Shown here piece after piece: positions 60,635-64,000 of a DNA stretch of 64,000 bases (positions within the stretch are counted from its first letter, which is position 1; every line of letters starts with the position of its first letter). A program made the translations under genes and the position numbers. The stretch is from Obrimoposthia wandeli (taxonomy: Eukaryota), in assembly GCA_977020255.1 (NCBI GenBank), contig CDROCS010001295.1, positions 62,001-126,000 of the forward strand, in the 5' to 3' direction. The notes beneath the pieces are model-generated. The model made no database searches, was not told where the DNA came from, and saw only the letters and a list, made by a program, of their open reading frames with translations.

Positions 60635-61112
60635 ATGAAAAACATGGAGCTTTTCGCAACATTATTTCAGTAAGAAGCAGCAGTTACATAGCGAAGTTCT
60701 TGGTTGGTATCTTATTATGGAACCTACTGAAATAATCGAAGATGACAGCCCTATCGGCGAAATGTGTACTGATGTCTTTGGCGAAAAATGGGGTAAGTTT
60801 AAAATTGCACATTTATCAACAGGTGATCGTATTGGTGTCGAGCTATTTCAATTTAAGAAACAGCAAAACCCTGAAAACAATTTTGAATACTGGAAAACCG
60901 GCGTATTTCATTTTTGTGTTCAAGATCCTAACTTAGAAGAGTTAGTAGAAAAAATTGTGGCAGCAGGTGGTAAAAAACGCATGAAAGCACCGCGCTACTA
61001 CTACCCTGGTGAAAAGCCATATCGCATGATATACATGCAAGACCCGTTTGGTAACATTCTTGAAATATACAGTCACAGCTACGAGCTAACTTATGCAGCA
61101 GGTGCATATTAA
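60635..61112 (+). pseudogene. VOC/lactoylglutathione lyase-family gene with a damaged 5' end (in-frame remainder 60717-61112)
   Basis: The remainder has GDRIGVELFQF, GVFHFCVQDP and QDPFGNILEIYS. The upstream SEVLGWYLIMEP is in frame, but the ATG at 60635 is out of frame and the first metal-binding xxHxxI motif is scrambled. Confidence 0.65.
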
Positions 61113-61127
61113 AAAATAGTGAATAAT

Positions 61128-61240
61128 GATCCCCGGGGCAGCCCTCTCGCTTAGGCTCGACTTCACTTCGTGAAGCGGGGTATTTCTAGTGACTATTGGT
61201 GCTAACAAGTTCACGCCCTAAAGGGCGGGGAATTAGACCC
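61128..61240. mobile_element. GC-rich hairpin element resembling IS200/IS605 ends (possible non-autonomous element)
   Basis: CCCCGGGGCAG...CTTCACTTCGTGAAGCGGGGTATT and CACGCCCTAAAGGGCGGGGAATTAGACC: two hairpins, each followed by CGGGG(T/A)ATT; no transposase ORF. Confidence 0.45.
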
Positions 61241-61331
61241 TTGATAATTTAGGCTCCGCCTAATTCATCTCTATTAAAGCAGCCCGCTCAATTATTTAGT
61301 GAGCTGCTAGCTATTTTTTGTTAACCTAAAT

Positions 61332-64000
61332 CTAGCTCAAATGCTCTTGATCATTACTGAATTTAGTCACAAAATCTTCTTCCTTCATAGGTTTACTAAA
61401 GTAATAACCTTGGATAGTTTCACATTCCATAGTGCTCAAAAGTGCTAATTGCCCTGCTGTCTCCACCCCTTCTGCCACACTTTGTAACTTTAAGTTTTTA
61501 GTAAGGCTAATAATAGTATTCACCAGTGCCAAGCTTTCTGGATCTTGTTCAATGTCCGCTATAAATGATTGGTCAATTTTCAATTTAGAAATAGGAAATT
61601 TTTTTAAGTAACTCAAAGACGAGTAACCGGTGCCAAAATCATCAATGGCTATTTCTATACCCATTTCATCAAGCGCTTTAAGCTGTCGATAAGTTTTTCC
61701 AGCATCATTAATCAACAAACTCTCGGTAATTTCCATCACGAGTAATTGCGGGGGTAACTGAGTACTGGTTAATATTTCTTTAAATATAGAAACAATATCT
61801 TGACGTTGGAACTGGCGGCTCGATACATTAACGTTAATCTTCATTGGCTGTTTAAGATTTCGATTGATCAACTGCGCCACTTCACAGGCCCGCCAAGCAA
61901 CCCACTGCCCTATACTTTCTATCAAACCAATACTTTCAGCAATAGGGATAAAATCTGCAGGCGACACATTACCTAGCTTTGGGTGCTGCCAACGCAGTAA
62001 GCTCTCTGCGCTAGTATAGCGCTGTTGTTCTATATCCCAAATAGGTTGGTAGTGTAAGCTCAGCTGCTGAAGTTCAATAGCCCGATGCAGCGCCGTTTCT
62101 ATTTGGCGGCGCCGCTGAGCAATGCTATTCATCCGTTCTGTATAAAAATGATAACTATTTCGCCCCTCTTCCTTAGCTTTATACATCGCGCTATCTGCAT
62201 CACGACAAATAATTTCGGCATTATTCGCATCATCCGGATAAATGGCGACGCCAATACTACAAGAGATGAACAGACTATTGCCATCTAGGTGATAAGGCTT
62301 GCGAATAGATTCAAGTAGCTGATCACACAAGGTCGCCACACTCAATACCGAGCTAATATTAGGTAGAATAATAGCAAATTCATCACCGCCTAATCTGGCT
62401 GGCGTATCACGATCATTCAGCTGTTGCACTATGCGCGAAGCCACTTCCTTTAACAATAAATCTCCCACTGAATGGCCTAAGGTATCATTGATACTTTTGA
62501 AATGATCCAAGTCGATAAATAACAGCGCGCCTTGTTGCTCTAGTGCTTTTGCTTGAGTTAGCACTTGCTTAAGAGTTTGGGAAAAAAGATTGCGATTAGG
62601 CAAATCAGTAAGGTTGTCATAGTTGGCTTGATGCTGAATAAGCTGTTCATTCTTTTTTCGTTTGGTAATATCACTAAACAGCGTTACATAACCTTCAGGT
62701 TTGCCCTCGACATCATGCATGGTTGATATATTAACCCACTGAAGATAAAGCTCACCGCTTTTTCTCTTATTCCAAATTTCACCTTCAAAATGCCCAGTTT
62801 GTTCAAGCTGTTGATAAAAGCTTTGATAAAAATGCTGATCATGACGCCCGGATCTAAGCAACTCAGGCTTTTGATTCATGCAGTCTTGCAAACTGTAACC
62901 GGTAATTCTCTCAAATGATTTATTAACTAACTGAATGTAATTGTTTTTATCAGTGACCATAATCGCTTCTGAAGAGGTACGAAACACTGCATCAGTTAGC
63001 CGTAGCTGCCTCTCGTTTTCTTTTTGTAAGTCAATAATTTCTCCAACTACTATATAGTGGCTTATATCATTTTCACTATCTAATAGCGGGCTGATACTGA
63101 CCTTTAACCAGCAAATAGCCCCATTAACACCCCTACCTTGTAACTCGCCTGACCAGTTCTTGCCACTTTTAATACATTGCAATATGTTTAGGTATTCGCT
63201 TACCTCTACCTCTAGAGGCTTAAGAAATAAAGGCGTTTTACCCACAACTTGCTCGCTCGTGTAACCACTGGCTGTTTCAAACATGTGATTCACATATTCA
63301 ATGTTACCCTTCGCGTCTATCACCAACACTAATATTGGACTAGATTGCACCACTCTAGATAGTAACTTGATACGCTCTTGTGAAAGGGTACGTGCGGTTG
63401 CATCAAAAAACATCGCTATATTATGTTGGCGCCCTGTAATGTTGTTATTCACTTTAAACAAGGTACTATCAAATACCCGTTTATTAGCCACAATAGAGTC
63501 TATCTGGAACTGCCCAGACCACGCCTTTTCCTCACTGTGCTCTTCAATCAATGCCAGTACTTGGCTATATTCACTTTGCGATTGAGGCAGTTTAAAAGGT
63601 ATACCTGGCTTATATTGACTAATACCGAACATGCTATTAAAGGTGGGGTTTAAATAATTAATCGCCTTTTCATCATCTGTGATGATCGTTGCAACAGGAG
63701 ATTGTTCAACAGTAGAAGATAGTAACTGAATCTGTTGACGCATATGTAAACCGAGCTGGTGTTGTTTTAATAAGATATACACAGCGGCGATTAAAAATAT
63801 AATCAAAGTCAACATACTCCCCAAAAATCCGGCGTTGATATTGATCCAAGTCTGTAATACTTGTTGGTAGGTAAGGTAGATACTAACGGCGATGGGATAT
63901 TTCGCCGATAACGTTATTGCATAAAAAGATTGCGGTAAATAACGTTTATAGTCAGTGCCGCTTAATTGATTGGCACCACTTTTTAACACTGCATCGATTA
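61332..64000 (-). CDS. Multi-PAS GGDEF-EAL protein (5' end beyond the window)
   Basis: Three PAS-like repeats; intact RLGGDEF; ESLLRW (EAL variant); DDFGTGYSSL. The frame is open to position 64000. Confidence 0.93.
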   Translation of the reverse strand, partial: IDAVLKSGANQLSGTDYKRYLPQSFYAITLSAKYPIAVSIYLTYQQVLQTWININAGFLGSMLTLIIFLIAAVYILLKQHQLGLHMRQQIQLLSSTVEQSPVATIITDDEKAINYLNPTFNSMFGISQYKPGIPFKLPQSQSEYSQVLALIEEHSEEKAWSGQFQIDSIVANKRVFDSTLFKVNNNITGRQHNIAMFFDATARTLSQERIKLLSRVVQSSPILVLVIDAKGNIEYVNHMFETASGYTSEQVVGKTPLFLKPLEVEVSEYLNILQCIKSGKNWSGELQGRGVNGAICWLKVSISPLLDSENDISHYIVVGEIIDLQKENERQLRLTDAVFRTSSEAIMVTDKNNYIQLVNKSFERITGYSLQDCMNQKPELLRSGRHDQHFYQSFYQQLEQTGHFEGEIWNKRKSGELYLQWVNISTMHDVEGKPEGYVTLFSDITKRKKNEQLIQHQANYDNLTDLPNRNLFSQTLKQVLTQAKALEQQGALLFIDLDHFKSINDTLGHSVGDLLLKEVASRIVQQLNDRDTPARLGGDEFAIILPNISSVLSVATLCDQLLESIRKPYHLDGNSLFISCSIGVAIYPDDANNAEIICRDADSAMYKAKEEGRNSYHFYTERMNSIAQRRRQIETALHRAIELQQLSLHYQPIWDIEQQRYTSAESLLRWQHPKLGNVSPADFIPIAESIGLIESIGQWVAWRACEVAQLINRNLKQPMKINVNVSSRQFQRQDIVSIFKEILTSTQLPPQLLVMEITESLLINDAGKTYRQLKALDEMGIEIAIDDFGTGYSSLSYLKKFPISKLKIDQSFIADIEQDPESLALVNTIISLTKNLKLQSVAEGVETAGQLALLSTMECETIQGYYFSKPMKEEDFVTKFSNDQEHLS

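Overview
AT-rich gammaproteobacterial chromosome segment; the gene order suggests a marine Oceanospirillales/Pseudomonadales-like organism (inference). Left to right: (1) a polar-type flagellar cluster on the minus strand (flgBCDEFGHIJKL, fliC, flaG, partial fliD, plus an inverted fliT-like gene), with sigma54 and sigma28 promoter matches and unusually large hook and flagellin proteins; (2) a core block of recA, alaS, lysC, csrA and tRNA-Ser/Arg x4/Ser, with a decayed recX; (3) trpGDC, an OsmC/YhfA-family gene and an orphan cheW; (4) a choline/glycine-betaine region (soxBDAG, gbcAB, betIBA, choXWV) interleaved with a Cache-PAS-GGDEF-EAL protein, a MocR regulator, a 3-hydroxyacid dehydrogenase and an SCO copper chaperone coupled to a chemoreceptor with a His-rich membrane domain; (5) an accessory, decaying region: a PhyH dioxygenase, an IS6 remnant, a MATE pump, a second decayed phyH 3' end, a CurA/DJ-1/LysR cluster, a pseudogenised LysR-VOC pair, an IS200/IS605-like end element and a partial PAS-GGDEF-EAL gene. 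The best candidate for an undescribed system is the SCO plus His-rich membrane MCP pair, possibly a copper-cofactored chemoreceptor with its own metallochaperone, placed divergently from betI. Everything was read by eye; no database searches or computations were run.
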